From Zygnema circumcarinatum SAG 698-1b (Eukaryota; Plantae; Zygnematophyceae), in assembly GCA_037447605.1 (NCBI GenBank), contig CM074809.1, forward strand, positions 3,772,689-3,836,688: 64,000 bases of DNA. The letters run 5' to 3'. The notes beneath the pieces were generated by a model, which had not been told where the DNA came from, searched no databases, and saw only the letters and a list, made by a program, of their open reading frames with translations. Made by a program: the position numbers and the translations under genes. The first letter of the stretch is position 1. Every line of letters begins with the position of its first letter. Below are positions 36,279 to 48,439 of the stretch, piece by piece.

Positions 36279-36659
36279 TTATACATTCTTGGCCTCCCGC
36301 TTTGCCTTGGCTGCGGCTATCTTCGCTTCCCGAGCCTCTCGAGCGCTGCCATATTTGCCGCCATGCTGATGCATTCCACTCACAGTATCCGCCTGCAATC
36401 AAGCACACCATGACAGCCAAGTCGGCTGCCGTCGGGCTGCAATGGGGAGAGGTGGAAAGATGATGTAAAATGCAGGCTGGCAATCACGGTAGCAATTAGG
36501 GTTACCGTAGGGCAAAGGCTTGAAAGAAGGTTAGAGTTGACATAAATGTCCTGGTTAGGCCCTCACCTCCTTGGCAGACTCCGCAGCAGCCGCCTTTAGA
36601 CTCGCAACTGCAGCAGCTTGCTTGGCGGAGGGCGGGCCTTTTGGCCGCTGAGAGTTCAT
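36279..36659 (-). CDS. Small 68-aa Ala/Lys-rich hydrophilic protein, LEA-like (2 exons; absent from the ORF track)
   Basis: Exon 36567-36659 (93 nt, GAG|GTGAG) plus exon 36279-36392 (TTGCAG|) gives MNSQRPKGPPSAKQAAAVASLKAAAAESAKE/ADTVSGMHQHGGKYGSAREAREAKIAAAKAKREAKNV*. Confidence 0.65.
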
Positions 36660-38271
36660 AGCGATTGTAAGATATACTCGAGCAAAAGTGAGAACAGTGA
36701 GTCGCAAATGGAGGATTGTGAGAGCTGCAGAGAGTAAGGTGGAAATAGAGAACTATCAAACGGTAAGATTGACTGCAGGTTTGATTAAAGGTAGAGGTTA
36801 ATGCGGTCAGTGCATGCGAGAAATGGAACTGCCGGAAGGGAGCGAGCGGGAGAGAAAGCGAGAGAGAGCGGTCCGGCTACTCTCTCTCTCTAGTCCCTCA
36901 AATGGCGGTCTCTCCCAGATGGCGGTGCTACCAGCTGCACACGTGGCGAGCCATCATTGGCCGGACGGCGTTCACTTTTCGGTAAGAGCACAGGCAAGGT
37001 AAGTGCATATCCACCGTCAGATGCTGCACAGCCTCAGCGAGCGCATCCTCACCGTCGAACGCTCTCCAATTGCACGATGGACGCATCGTCGCCGTCCGAT
37101 TTCACGATCACATCGAAGCCGTCCAAAGGGAACACGTGTCCTTTCCGCGAGGTGACAGAGGGCGTACATGAACTTTTTGAGGCAGAGAACGAGAATAAGA
37201 GGATGCCGGTCCTTACCGGTTTCGTGAGTTGGGGTCTGAGCCCCAGAGGATCTAGGAATTTTTTAGTTTTGAAGGGGGAGGGGGGGGGGGGTGGTGACCA
37301 ATGGGTTGGAAAAGGCAATCTGAAATTCGAGTGCATTTCTGTGTTATTCAACCTTCAAGGGCGAACAGCTTTTCAAAATCTAACGGGGGGCTAAGCCGGT
37401 AAGCCTCCTCCCCAGAGAACACCGCGGGTCCGGCACTGCTCCAATCCAAGGGAGTCATTTCATTCTGACTTCCCCTCCCTGCTTCACATTCATTTTACAA
37501 AGATAGCCGTGCACATGTCAAGCTACCTCGCAAATGATTTGTGTGTCTGTGAACTACTCGTTAAATCAGCGTATCGAGTGTCAGCAGCAACCAGGAATAA
37601 GTGAACAGCTCAGTAGAAGCTCACCAACGGGCTGCTGTGTTCTTTACGTGCCTGATTCTACTGCATGACTGACTGCATGATTACAAGAAACGTTGCGACT
37701 GATGCAGCAAAGCTTGGAGTGTGGCTGAGGGGGTTTTAACCTTGAGGAGATTATTCAATGAGGCTTTCGACATTTCTGGTTAGCATGCGGCCTACGCAGG
37801 CAGACGAAGGGAACAAGTGCGGCGGCTTCATTTTCTCTACCGTTTCAGGTCACTTTTCCATCAGGAAGCTCCAAGAAAATGATCTCCCCCTTGTGACGTT
37901 CAATATGTACTCCATTCTTGTGAATTAGAGATGCCACATCCGCTCGGTGTTCACTTTCCTCCCGAGTTACACGAAGCATGCATAGTATTAGCGATTGATA
38001 CATGATCCCCAGCACTTCAAATCCCGACGTGAAAAAAGAAAAAAATTGATAAGGAAAAATTTAGTTAAGAAAACTTGGAACAGAGTTCCTTACATAAAGC
38101 GACAATGTATTCGTGTTCCGCATCAAGAGTCGTTATTTATACAAAATATCAAACAAAGGAAAACCTCCTTACTTCCGAATCACACTAATCCACTTTACAT
38201 TCATGTACACCGCACAGTTGATCTGCCTAGTTTATCTATTCCAAGGAAGCAATTCCTTGAATTCAAGGATC

Positions 38272-38760
38272 TCACGCCTGGCTTTTGCCTTCCTGCACCT
38301 GCACTTCAATGACAGGCGGCTTCTCTGGCTCCTTGGGCGGAATCTTGGGAACAGTGACTGTGAGCACGCCGTGCTCCGCTGCGGCCGAGACCTTGCGCAC
38401 GTCCGCGTTCTGGGGGAGGCGGAAGCGGCGGAGGAACTTCCCGGTGCTGCGCTCCACGCGGTGGAACGTGGCCGTGTCCTCCTTCGTCTCGCGAGTGCGC
38501 TCGCCGCTGATGCTCAGCACATTGCCCTCCTCGATCTGCACCTTCACCTCCTCGCGCTTCAGCCCGGGGAGGTCAGCCACGAACTGGAACGCCGTCGGGC
38601 TCTCCTTAACGTCCACCGCCGTGCTCGCCATAGCGTGGCTGTCGCGCACGTACGCGCGCATCGGCCCGTGCTCGAACAGGGAGCTGAACTCGTCCGGAAA
38701 CCTGCCCATGGAGAGCGCGCTGCTGAAGAACGGGTCGCTCAGGAACGGAGTCAAAGCCAT
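38272..38760 (-). CDS. HSP17.x-CII: Small heat shock protein, class II-like, copy 2
   Basis: 162 aa from the ATG at 38760. Differs from copy 1 at 5 residues. Confidence 0.95.
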   Translation of the reverse strand: MALTPFLSDPFFSSALSMGRFPDEFSSLFEHGPMRAYVRDSHAMASTAVDVKESPTAFQFVADLPGLKREEVKVQIEEGNVLSISGERTRETKEDTATFHRVERSTGKFLRRFRLPQNADVRKVSAAAEHGVLTVTVPKIPPKEPEKPPVIEVQVQEGKSQA

Positions 38761-38930
38761 GTCGCCGGTCCTCCCTTCTCCCTCACACTCCTGTGACTTC
38801 AATCACAATGCAAATGCTGCTGCAAGGCCTCTTCTCTGCGCCTTCAGTAGTAGCTGGAGCTCCAATGCCTTCTCCCAAACTTCCTCTCCAAATTTTCCTC
38901 TGCCTGCTACCATGGCGCATGTCCCCGCTT

Positions 38931-39060
38931 TTTATAGGGCCACTTCGGGGGAGCCTCGCGGCCCTTCCAGCAGGGTCCGGATGCCAGCACAGCGCCAACA
39001 GGGCAAGAAGTGCCAGACCATCGCTGACATGGCGCCACGCTGGAACCTTCGTTTTCTCTC
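38931..39060 (-). promoter_or_regulatory. sHSP copy 2 promoter: TATA plus HSE-like elements
   Basis: TATAAA on minus strand at 38931-38936. GAAccTTC near 39045. Blocks homologous to 5143-5260. Confidence 0.6.
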
Positions 39061-39860
39061 GCGATTTTTCCAAACGACGGCGGAGGAATCGCCGCGTGAC
39101 GTGACGGAACGAAGACGACCGCCGTCCCGCGAAACGGGAGCCGTTAAAACTGGTCAAGTCGACGCGTGTCCGCCGTTAGATGAAGATAACGGACGGATAC
39201 GATTGAGTACGGATGTTAAAGCAAAATTGGAATGAGCCGTACATGCCGTACGGTACCCGAACCTGGGCACCGACCCTTCCAAGGCGAGTCGTACAGCTCG
39301 TACATGAGCAATGATTGAGCCACGTAGGACGTCACATGGCATGGTTGTGCCACTACTGGAAGCGTCAGTGGTTAGTTGAACGGCGTTAACGGCGGAGCGT
39401 AAAGAGGGGCACTTAACTGTGACGAGGCAAAATCTTGATCTTGCCTCATGGAACGAGAGCACTGGGATGGCAACAATCCTATTATTTTCCACTGCATCCA
39501 TGCTTCATTATGAATGTTCTCGATGGTGTCATGTGATGGTAAAGGGAGAGAGCGGGGGAGGGAAAGAGAGAGAATCGAGGATTCCTTGAACAAAGCTTAC
39601 GATGAAGAACCCACAGTACATGCGTGCGATAATAACCTACTATGAATGTGGTGTTTAGGTTACTAGCAACTCTTACACTTTGGCCCTCCCTCTGCCCCTA
39701 AATGAGGATACACGTTTGCAATTTTACTTTTTTATTCTCTGTTTTTTTATTCCGTTCGAGTGCTGCCTGCAAACCCACCCAAAGCTCCCCTAAGGCATGC
39801 CTCATTACTACAGTACAAACGAGGTTATCAGTGCCGGCCTGGGAAGGAGGCGGGGCGGCG

Positions 39861-42800
39861 TCAGAGGTCGTAAATGACGCCGTCTGCCTGGAGGTGCGCC
39901 GTCATGTTGAGGGCCTCCAGCATGGGCTCACCCCTCTTGTTCACTGTGAATATGCTGATGCCTCCGTTGTTGATATCCACTGCGCGAAACCTGACAGAGA
40001 GGAGGTAGGGAAGGAGGAGGAAGGGAGGGAGGGGCGAGATAGGTGCTTCAACAAGTATCAGCATACTTCTCTTCTATCTGCAAAGGTTACAAGGGGGTAT
40101 GGCTGTCTGCAAATCTACAAAGCAGATTCTAAGGACGAGTAGGTAATGTAAGGGGCACACCTCTCAGGCCCCATGCCAAGGGCTGTGCAGATAAGGGCTC
40201 GGAGGATGGACTTGTGTGTCACTACCAGCACCCTTTCTCCCTGCCTCCCAGGAAACACCGAGCAGGCAATAACTTGTGGAGGTAAATAATTAAGGTCTTA
40301 AGATTAGGAATGGTCAATCTATCTCCACGAACTGAAAGCTACGATCCCAGGACAGGATAAGTTGAGCATAGCATCGCCTGATAGCTCTGAAAGTATCTCC
40401 TAGTCAGATAAAGAAGCAACAAACGTCTGATTGCGATCAAGTGCTTGAAACCTAGAATTCACAGCTTCCTCGCATCATCTGCGCATCCTGCTCAAATTAT
40501 GTACAGAGTGGTCCTCACTATCATCGCCAATTTCTATGCAGGTTCCTAACAGGGTTTCAGTTCGAACACTTACAGGGGCTGTGAGTATCTTGTTCCACGC
40601 CAGCTTCGCCTCGTTCCAAAGATTCCGAACAGGATACACTCCATCCACACTGAAATTGGCAGGGTCTTCTCTCCACGCCCTGAATAGCTCTGGGAATTGC
40701 CTCTTGGCCTCGTCTGGAGAGAGTGGGGCACATGTTAATGTCTATGCAGTTGCAGCTTACGATTTTAAACACTCAACTCTCCCTCGTGACAATGGGTAAA
40801 TGACTATACACTACCGCACACACAACAGAAACTGCCATCAAGGGCACATGCTTGAGCAGAGATGGTGACGCGAAACACTGTGTCAGGGTTAAAGGCACTC
40901 ATCGACACAACATTAACCCTGCATTAAGGTTCTGATTAGAAAAACAGAGTCGCGAAGATGACAAATTGCAATTCTTTTAACAAGACCGCATGATCAATCC
41001 TGAAGACGACATATCAGAAATGACACAACGACGACCTCCACGATGGAACCAATCCATGGCAGGAAAAGTAGATTCCTACCATTCTTTAAGCCCTCCAAAA
41101 ACAGAAGGTTGGCTTCCCTCAAGGAATCCAAAAAAAAGAGGGGCTCCTCTCTGCCTTCCCAAATAAGTTCTGCACTTGACTGTATCCGGAAAAGAAGAGA
41201 GAAGAAAGCATCAAAACCCTTGGAAAAGGCCAAACGACGAGTAAAAAGGAGGCAAGCAGCCCCAAAACTGTGAGTGAAACGAGAAGCAATATTCTGACGG
41301 CTGGAGCTGGAATGGCTCTGGCCCACGCCTCCATCTGCATATCGGAGATAATGGTCGCAAGTATGCCCACAGCAGTCGTATCACCTGTCCCCATGCCAAT
41401 TACGCATGTGCATGCCTAGCATTACAACATCCAAGTTGTCCGACTTATGATGGACAAATCCCTTAATGGTCAATGCACGCGCATGCTATATTATCGCATA
41501 AGAAGTGCGTCTGCTTAAATCACAAACCTCTGTGGTCCTACGATCATTTATTCTAGTGTTCTCACCTTTGCTCTTGATATCGGGCTGGCGAAGCATTGAT
41601 CAAAACGAATATTAGCTAGTGCCCCTTTACACTGTAGTGCTTGAACTTTGCCCTTCTCTGACAGGATAGACAGATTTGAGCTTCCCTGCACAATAGGACA
41701 TGACGGCCGTGCTGGATTTTCGAAGTATGAAAAAAAGGTACTCAGAGGTTCTCATGCACCTCCAGTGACTTTTGAGTGCATAGCAAGTAATGAAGTAGCA
41801 TGTTGTGATTGTAACTTAGGCTACCGAGTCTGAATCGTTGCTAACCTCAGTGCCTGCTGCATCTTACATTTCTCACTATTGAGATCCCTGAATCGCCAAA
41901 AGCTTCCAGCCAGCAAAAGACACACATTCAACAAACCTGAACACGCCCTTCGTCATTCCACGAACTTAAGCCATGTCTGATTAACAGGATCCTCTTTTCG
42001 TTTGCCAACGGCTTCATGACGAGCGGCTCTGTAGACCCTTTGAAGTCAATATTGCCGCCCGTAACAAAAGAATCCTTAACGGCTACAGCATTGGTGGCGA
42101 CCTGGCTGCTACAATTGATAGGTGATAGCCTTCCTGACATACAGAAAGACAAGCTCGTCACTGGCAGGGTCACCGAGAGCCATGGTCGTTATTGACACTC
42201 TGTAAGCTGACTGAGGCCGAAGATGCAGCTGAATCATTCCTAAATATCACATGAGAAATTTGACAGGGAAAAATATGAAGGCAGTTTTTCTGATCTAGTC
42301 ATCCTACAACAAGCAAATGCACTTTGCGACAAGAGTTCAGTGTCAGGCTGCACATAAACCGTTCGGTACCACAGTTTTAAAACTTAACGCATCTTTACTT
42401 GTACTCTGTCAGTTAAGCCTTAATCTCATTTTCGCACACCCGGCAAATAAATTACATACTTGACTTTCCTTTCCTCCCTGCACCTGTGTCGGGAGTTACG
42501 GCATCCTCCAGGCGAACATGACAATGAGAAGTCTGCATAGCTGGTGGCTCCCTACGAACCAATTCCTGGTTCCATCTGAGATTATCCGGGATAAGGCTGC
42601 CGCACGTATGACCATTTCTAAACCTAACTTCTCCAATGAGTCTCCTTTTTTGTAGCTTGACGTGCTTCAACCTTTGAGACGAGGATCTTTCCAAGAAAAT
42701 CTGCACATTGGAGTGAAGCAGTCAGCATTCAGCAGTCAGCAAAAAATCAGGATACGAGTCCAAAGAGTCAGACATGTCAGCCCGAATCCACCCGCTATAA

Positions 42801-43024
42801 GAGAAAGAGTAATGGTCGCAAGTACTTAATTTGCCTCGAAGCAAGAAGTTCATAAATTGACACAAGCAGCTCTCGAAAAAATGCACAAGGGAAACTAGAG
42901 ATCGCATAAGAACAGAACGGGAAAAACAAACCTTGCATTCATAATTTCTCGTTCCAATTGCAGCTCTCCCTGAGTCCACCTCAAAACAACAGTTGTTTAT
43001 TCTGTCAATTGCACAAGTCGCCAT
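39861..43024 (-). CDS. Histidine phosphatase (PGM-like) family protein, similar to plant 'probable 2-carboxy-D-arabinitol-1-phosphatase'; 5' end approximate
   Basis: LIRHGLSSWNDEGRVQ/GSSNLSILSEKG; CFASPISRAK; LREANL; WREDPANF; VLVVTHKSILRALIC; DINNGGISIF...LNMTAHL. Confidence 0.85.
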
Positions 43025-43194
43025 TCCTCCTCGTTTCTTAAAAAGTTACTTTCAATCACATACTCAACTCTTGCACTGTATGTCTACACTCTTCATAAAC
43101 CACCTCCTCGCAATCCTGATTCCTGTTTATCTTGATATCTCAAGCCTAAAACGCCCTTCAGAGCCTGACCCCTCTTCTCCCTCCCAGTTTCCTC

Positions 43195-43616
43195 CTCTCG
43201 ACTCGTTCCGTCACTGCCTTCGGCAACATTCCATGCGTTCCACGAGTTTGACAGTTAGTCCCGCTTGACGCGCACAGAAACAGAGCCCCATGGGAGCCCG
43301 AGGTCCTATGGCCTGGATATTTTTGTCCAGAGATTCTATCAACACAAATTCAGGGGCGTGGTTTTCCGCTCCTCGCTTTTTCCTTTTGTGCTTACGTCGT
43401 TTGCGACCAGTTCCTCGTGGTTCCCCATGATGCTGATGTTGTCCATGTACATTTGATGGCATCATCGCCATCGTGAGATCAATGCCACATCTTTCCCATT
43501 GCGCATTCAACTCTCCTTAGGTCCTCGCATTAGGTCCTTTGCGACCAGTTCCTCGTGGTTCCCCATGCTGATTTTGTCCATGCACATTTGATGGCCTCGC
43601 CATCGTGAGATCAATG
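43195..43616 (+). mobile_element. Two decayed 3' ends of the same non-LTR retrotransposon family as 47192-47871
   Basis: 43355-43484 and 43533-43616 match the reverse complement of ~47209-47334 (gttttccgctcct...gaccagt...tcgtggttcc...atttgatggc..tcgccatcgYgag.tcaatg). Weak ORF remnants upstream (LDSF.., FYQHK). Confidence 0.8.
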
Positions 43617-44652
43617 CCACTTCCTTTTCTTCAAATTCTGGGAGAGCGAGCACGGAAGCAGGCATGCGCATAGCTCCATGCATGCCCTTCTCTAGGATTG
43701 AACCAAGGATGATGTCGCTAATGAGACTGATGTCGCTAGTTGGTCTCCTTGCAAGTCAAATCTCCTTGCAAAAGTGATACTTTTGTTGGGTATCTGCTAC
43801 ATTTGCATGCCGTAATTGTGTTTATGTCACGAGTTTTATTTATACGCCACTGTGAGTGAAATTCTTGGAAAGCAAATACTGGATGTTTCAGATGGCGCTT
43901 GAGTAGCAGAATTTTAATGTGTCCAATTCTATCATCAAATTCTCCTTCCATCAGGCTATAATAATGAGAGGAACGTAATTGCAAAGCGTCAAAACGACCT
44001 GTTACAATGCAGAACATAGGAAAGCAGAAGGGGATTTGTACACGTTCTTGTTTTAGTCCCACCCTCCTGTCCCCCCCCCCGCTCTCTTGACCCCCTCTAA
44101 GTGCTCTCCCTCGACAGACGACAACTAGGGGTCGGAATCCTCATCCCGCCCCAAGGGTTTTGCAGGTACAGTCTCATTCTGTTTTTTAAAGATGGTTATC
44201 CGCCGAATGAGCTTAACTAAGCACTAGTGCACCCCTATTGAAGTACAAAGTTAGAGCAATAAAAAATGCAGCCACGTATTTGAGGACGTGGACCGCCACA
44301 TCAACGAGGGAGCCACATCGATAAGGCAAACGGCTACAAGTCCCAACAAGTGTCACACACAGAACCACCCTCAGCATAGAAGCACTCTCTTGGATCCAAC
44401 CCGACGCACTGGAAGTGACACCACGTGACATCATTCAAAAACTGCAAAAACCAGCGAGGCCTTTCCAGTCTCCGTTTCGCCTTTCAGTGAATATCTGCAC
44501 AGCTAGTGGACTGCAAGTCACAAAAAATCCCGCCAAGATGAGGGCCGGGCCGGTGAACAACTTCTGTTGAGTTGATCTTTACATCTTCATCAAGAGCAAT
44601 TTCCCCTCAAAACTGACTCTACAATTACCAGGAGTCTGGCCTGCCCTATACT

Positions 44653-46427
44653 TTACAGCTGTCCACAGTCCGCGATAACAATCGGCTTGGTGGGTTTCCC
44701 CTGCATCCCAGACACCACAAGAGACACCTTAGACATCTATGCAGTCAAAATGTGGTCTTTCCCACTCATGACGGCCGCTATACACCGGAAGTGTTTACTG
44801 ATGCATGAAATTGCGACGAAAGGAAGCCACCAAACAGTGGCCTACGTTTGATTCACATTGAGGAAAAGACACACATCAAGCGCATCATTCGGGAACTTGA
44901 CAACATGGGTGTAGGTCCTGGTTGGCTTCACATACCGAGCTTGAGCCGTGTGCTTCCATATTCTTCACCACATCCATGCCATCGACAACTTGTCCGAAGA
45001 CCACGTGCTTCCCATCCAACCACGCCGTCTTCACAGTGCAAAGGAAAAACTGCACATCCGAAACATAAAAATCCAATGTCACAACACTGTGACACGGGCA
45101 GGGGAGGCTCGCACTGACTGAACAGTGGTCAACATAAATAAGAAGTTCTCAGCACTGAGTGTGGTTCAGACAGTCAAAACATTTGCCATGAAATACCGTG
45201 CGATCATCGTTGCTGCAGAAGACTTACCTGGGAGCCATTGGTGTTGGGACCAGCATTGGCCATGGAAAGCACTCCAGCTCCAGTGTGCTTCTTGATGAAG
45301 TTCTCATCAGCGAACTTCTCTCCATAGATAGATTCACCGCCAGTTCCGTTGCCATTGGTGAAGTCTCCACCCTGAGCACACAAGAAAATGCATAATAGGT
45401 CAGAGGGAACGAACCAACCAGAGTTAACAAAAAAAGCAGAGGAAAACGGGAGCCGCAAAGCAGGAAAGAGGCTTTCTTCATTCTTTTTCAAGACAGGGTG
45501 CCTGGTTAATAAAAATGTACAACAACAACAAAAATAATTTGAAGTGCCGATTCACGTTACTCCGAACGTGACTGATCTCATCCTCTGCGAGCCAAAAAAC
45601 TTGCCTGGCACATAAACTCCGGGATGATACGGTGGAAAGCTGAACCCTTGAAATGGAGCGGCTGCCAACAAAGCGGGTGCAAACAAAGCAATTGGACTAT
45701 CAAAAGGTGAAAGGTGTGACGGTAAACAAAATCCAATTCAACGACAGTCAATAAGTGCAAACATGCCTTTACTAAAGAGAGATCTGCTGCAACCATCAGC
45801 AAATAGCAGCACCATCACGCGTGTCCCAAAGAGTGAAACATGCGATTTTACCTTTCCTCTCCTGCCCAATCCCTTCTCGCCTGCATCCACGCAGCAAGAT
45901 ATATTCTGTTAACCTTTACTTGCAGTGCAGGCTTCTGCTTCGACGCAGAATAAGGGAAAAGGAGACACTAGACGATGAAGTGAGCCTCACAAACATTTTA
46001 GGGTTTCATCAGCACCATAAGCGTAGGGTAGGAGGGTGGGAGTAGGAGGGTAGGAGGGTAGGCTACATGCGTTGAATGCATGCTCCTCCAAAGCAATGAC
46101 AAAAAGAATCGCGCAAAAGAAATTTCAAAGGACTACGGAATAAACAAAATTGAAAGACTCACCGGTGCAGAGAGCCCTGAAGTTTTCTGCAGTCCTTGGG
46201 GTCGTATCTTTGAAGAGCTGTCACGATCAGGAGAGGAAGGGGAATATAGTTAATTCGCATTACAGAAAGTTAAGCACTGGTTTAAATTTGCTTCACAAGG
46301 TGAAAACTTCCAATCAAACTTCCTTGCCAACAATAAAAAACAATCAAAAACTCCTCACCTCCATCACAATCCTTCCAGCAGGACGACCGCCGATGGTAAT
46401 GTCAAAAAAGACGCGAGGGTTAGCCAT
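44653..46427 (-). CDS. CYP: Cytosolic single-domain cyclophilin (peptidyl-prolyl isomerase), multi-exon
   Basis: [10 protein letters not shown]; [17 protein letters not shown]; [16 protein letters not shown]; [15 protein letters not shown]; [12 protein letters not shown]; IADCGQL*. One GC donor at 45603-45604. Confidence 0.97.
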
Positions 46428-47191
46428 TTTGGAGTCTGTTCAGAGTCTGCAGAACAGCCGTCCGACTCCATCAGAACCAGACCATTAACACTCATGCCTT
46501 CCGATAATATCAAAGGCTCAGTTCATCGTCCCTGCCTCAGCAGAGCGCCATACAGTCGATCTCCCAGTATGCGTCCAGTATGCGTCAAATAGTAGTACAA
46601 CGCCACTGCCACACTTCACTCTACCAGACATACACCGAGCTCGAACAAATGCGCATTCGCTGTCTTCACAGCAGCAGCAAGATGATCAATGAAACCATGC
46701 ATCCTTCACTCACCTTTGCAGGAAATTGCGGAGCTGAACTCAGGCCGAATGTTTGCAAGCCACAAATAATTTGCAGGGACGAGCAAATATTTCTGCAGGC
46801 GGTTAAACCTCGTGCAAGGTAGAATTTCATTTTTTTTTTTCGAAAGGCCAAATATTCTACAAACGTGCCACGGCCTAATGGACACGTGGCCCGATCCTAT
46901 TGGATATTGAAAAATATCTCGTCTTGGAGCAAGCCAAAAAAAAAAAAAAAAAATTGCGTGGCGTTCGGTTCTCGGCGGGCTCGGCCCTCGGCCGCCGTTC
47001 CATTCGCCAGTTCCAGTTCTAGAAACGGAACTGTGAAAAAAACGCTTTCTGTGGGCTAGTTGACTTTTTGGTTTGTTTGTTTCCAATGGTTACCAACCGG
47101 TGGCAAGGGCCAATCACTGCCGACAATGAAATGGACTGGCAATGAATGACCTAAAGCTGGGTAATAATGTCATCAAATGTACACAGGAAAA

Positions 47192-47871
47192 AAAACAAAC
47201 GCAAACTTTCATTGAACTCGCGATGGCGAGGCCATCAAATTTACATGGATAAAGGCAAAATGTGGAACCACGAAGGACTGGTCACAAAGGACCGAAACAC
47301 AATAAAACGAAGCTAGGAGCGGAAAACTACGCCTAGGCACAACAACGCAGCCCTAGAAGCAGCCGCGAAGGTCACCGATGTGAGGCACGTCGCGAGGAGG
47401 GAGCGGCGGAAGTCCACCAACACGGTCACCAACAACTGCAGNNNNNNNNNNCGAAGTAGCGTAGAAGCGAGGCAACGCTGAAGGGCGACGGAAATACGTT
47501 GTCGATAAAAGGTAGCCAAGATCGCCGGAGGAGGGCTTCCGGGGCCGTGCATCTCGAAAGAGCGATGGGCGCACTGGCGAAGGAAGGTATCCAAACGGGT
47601 GTCGAGGCAGCCAAAAATCTCAATAGCCATAGGAACAAACTCGTCGGCTGCATCACGGTGAGCATATGCACGCTCCTTGCGAAGGGCCGCATCGCGAGCA
47701 GCCACGCCTTCATGATGTGCTGCACGTGACAATAAATCGCGACGGGTTGGATCGGCCAACACAATATCCCCAAAAATACGCCGGGCACCATCCATAAGAG
47801 CCAAATCAGGGCGAACTCCGCGCTCGCCACGAATAGTCGGCCGTGGGGACACCAGGTGGCTCGAAAAGGCC
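47192..47871 (-). mobile_element. 5'-truncated non-LTR retrotransposon with restriction-like endonuclease (CRE/R2-group-like) C-terminus
   Basis: RPDL...GDIVLADP...K..AY...FVPMAIEIFG...RQRISVALQR. 10-bp TSD CACAGGAAAA at 47182-47191 and 47872-47881. 10-N gap at 47442-47451. Confidence 0.85.
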
Positions 47872-48439
47872 CACAGGAAAAGGCCCACTATGGAGAAGCA
47901 ATGCGAATGGCAACCATTGGGGGAATGGTAAGCAAGCACTGTCTGGCAACCATTGGCAACAGTTGGTTGGACCGTCAACCAATGGTTTGAACCATTGCCA
48001 CCAGCTCACAAACACACTGCGTGATGGCGTTACTTGCGTTTCGCAAGCAGTTGGGAAGAACCGAAAAAGCTGCTATGGATACTTTCTACATATATACACT
48101 AGTACAAGTTTTAGGGCTTTGTCCACTGCTGAAGCTCAGGGGTCTTCCGCAAACACCAAAGGCTCCCCTCTACCTCTCGCCGGTCTACGGCCTCCCTTCC
48201 CAAGCTGCAGTTGCCCCACTTCCTAACCATCGTACTCATCACATCCCACCTGTAAGCAAGCAATTCTCACATATGACGAGCAGGATGCCACCCATGGAAC
48301 CCCTTACGAGCCTAGCAATCCTAGCCTTAGGTTAACGACTTCATTTTCCAACAGCTCACGGTCCACTCATTGCATAAAGTCTTCCTCTCCCTCTCCCTCT
48401 CCCTCTCCCACTCCCTCTCCCTCTCAGAGGGAAGCAATG

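Noticed and set aside
38113-39235. Long plus-strand ORFs (227 and 316 aa), and likewise 4604-5027
   Set aside because: Antisense shadows of the high-GC3 sHSP CDS.
47442-47451. Apparent frameshift in the retroelement ORF
   Set aside because: It coincides with a 10-N assembly gap, so the frame cannot be judged.
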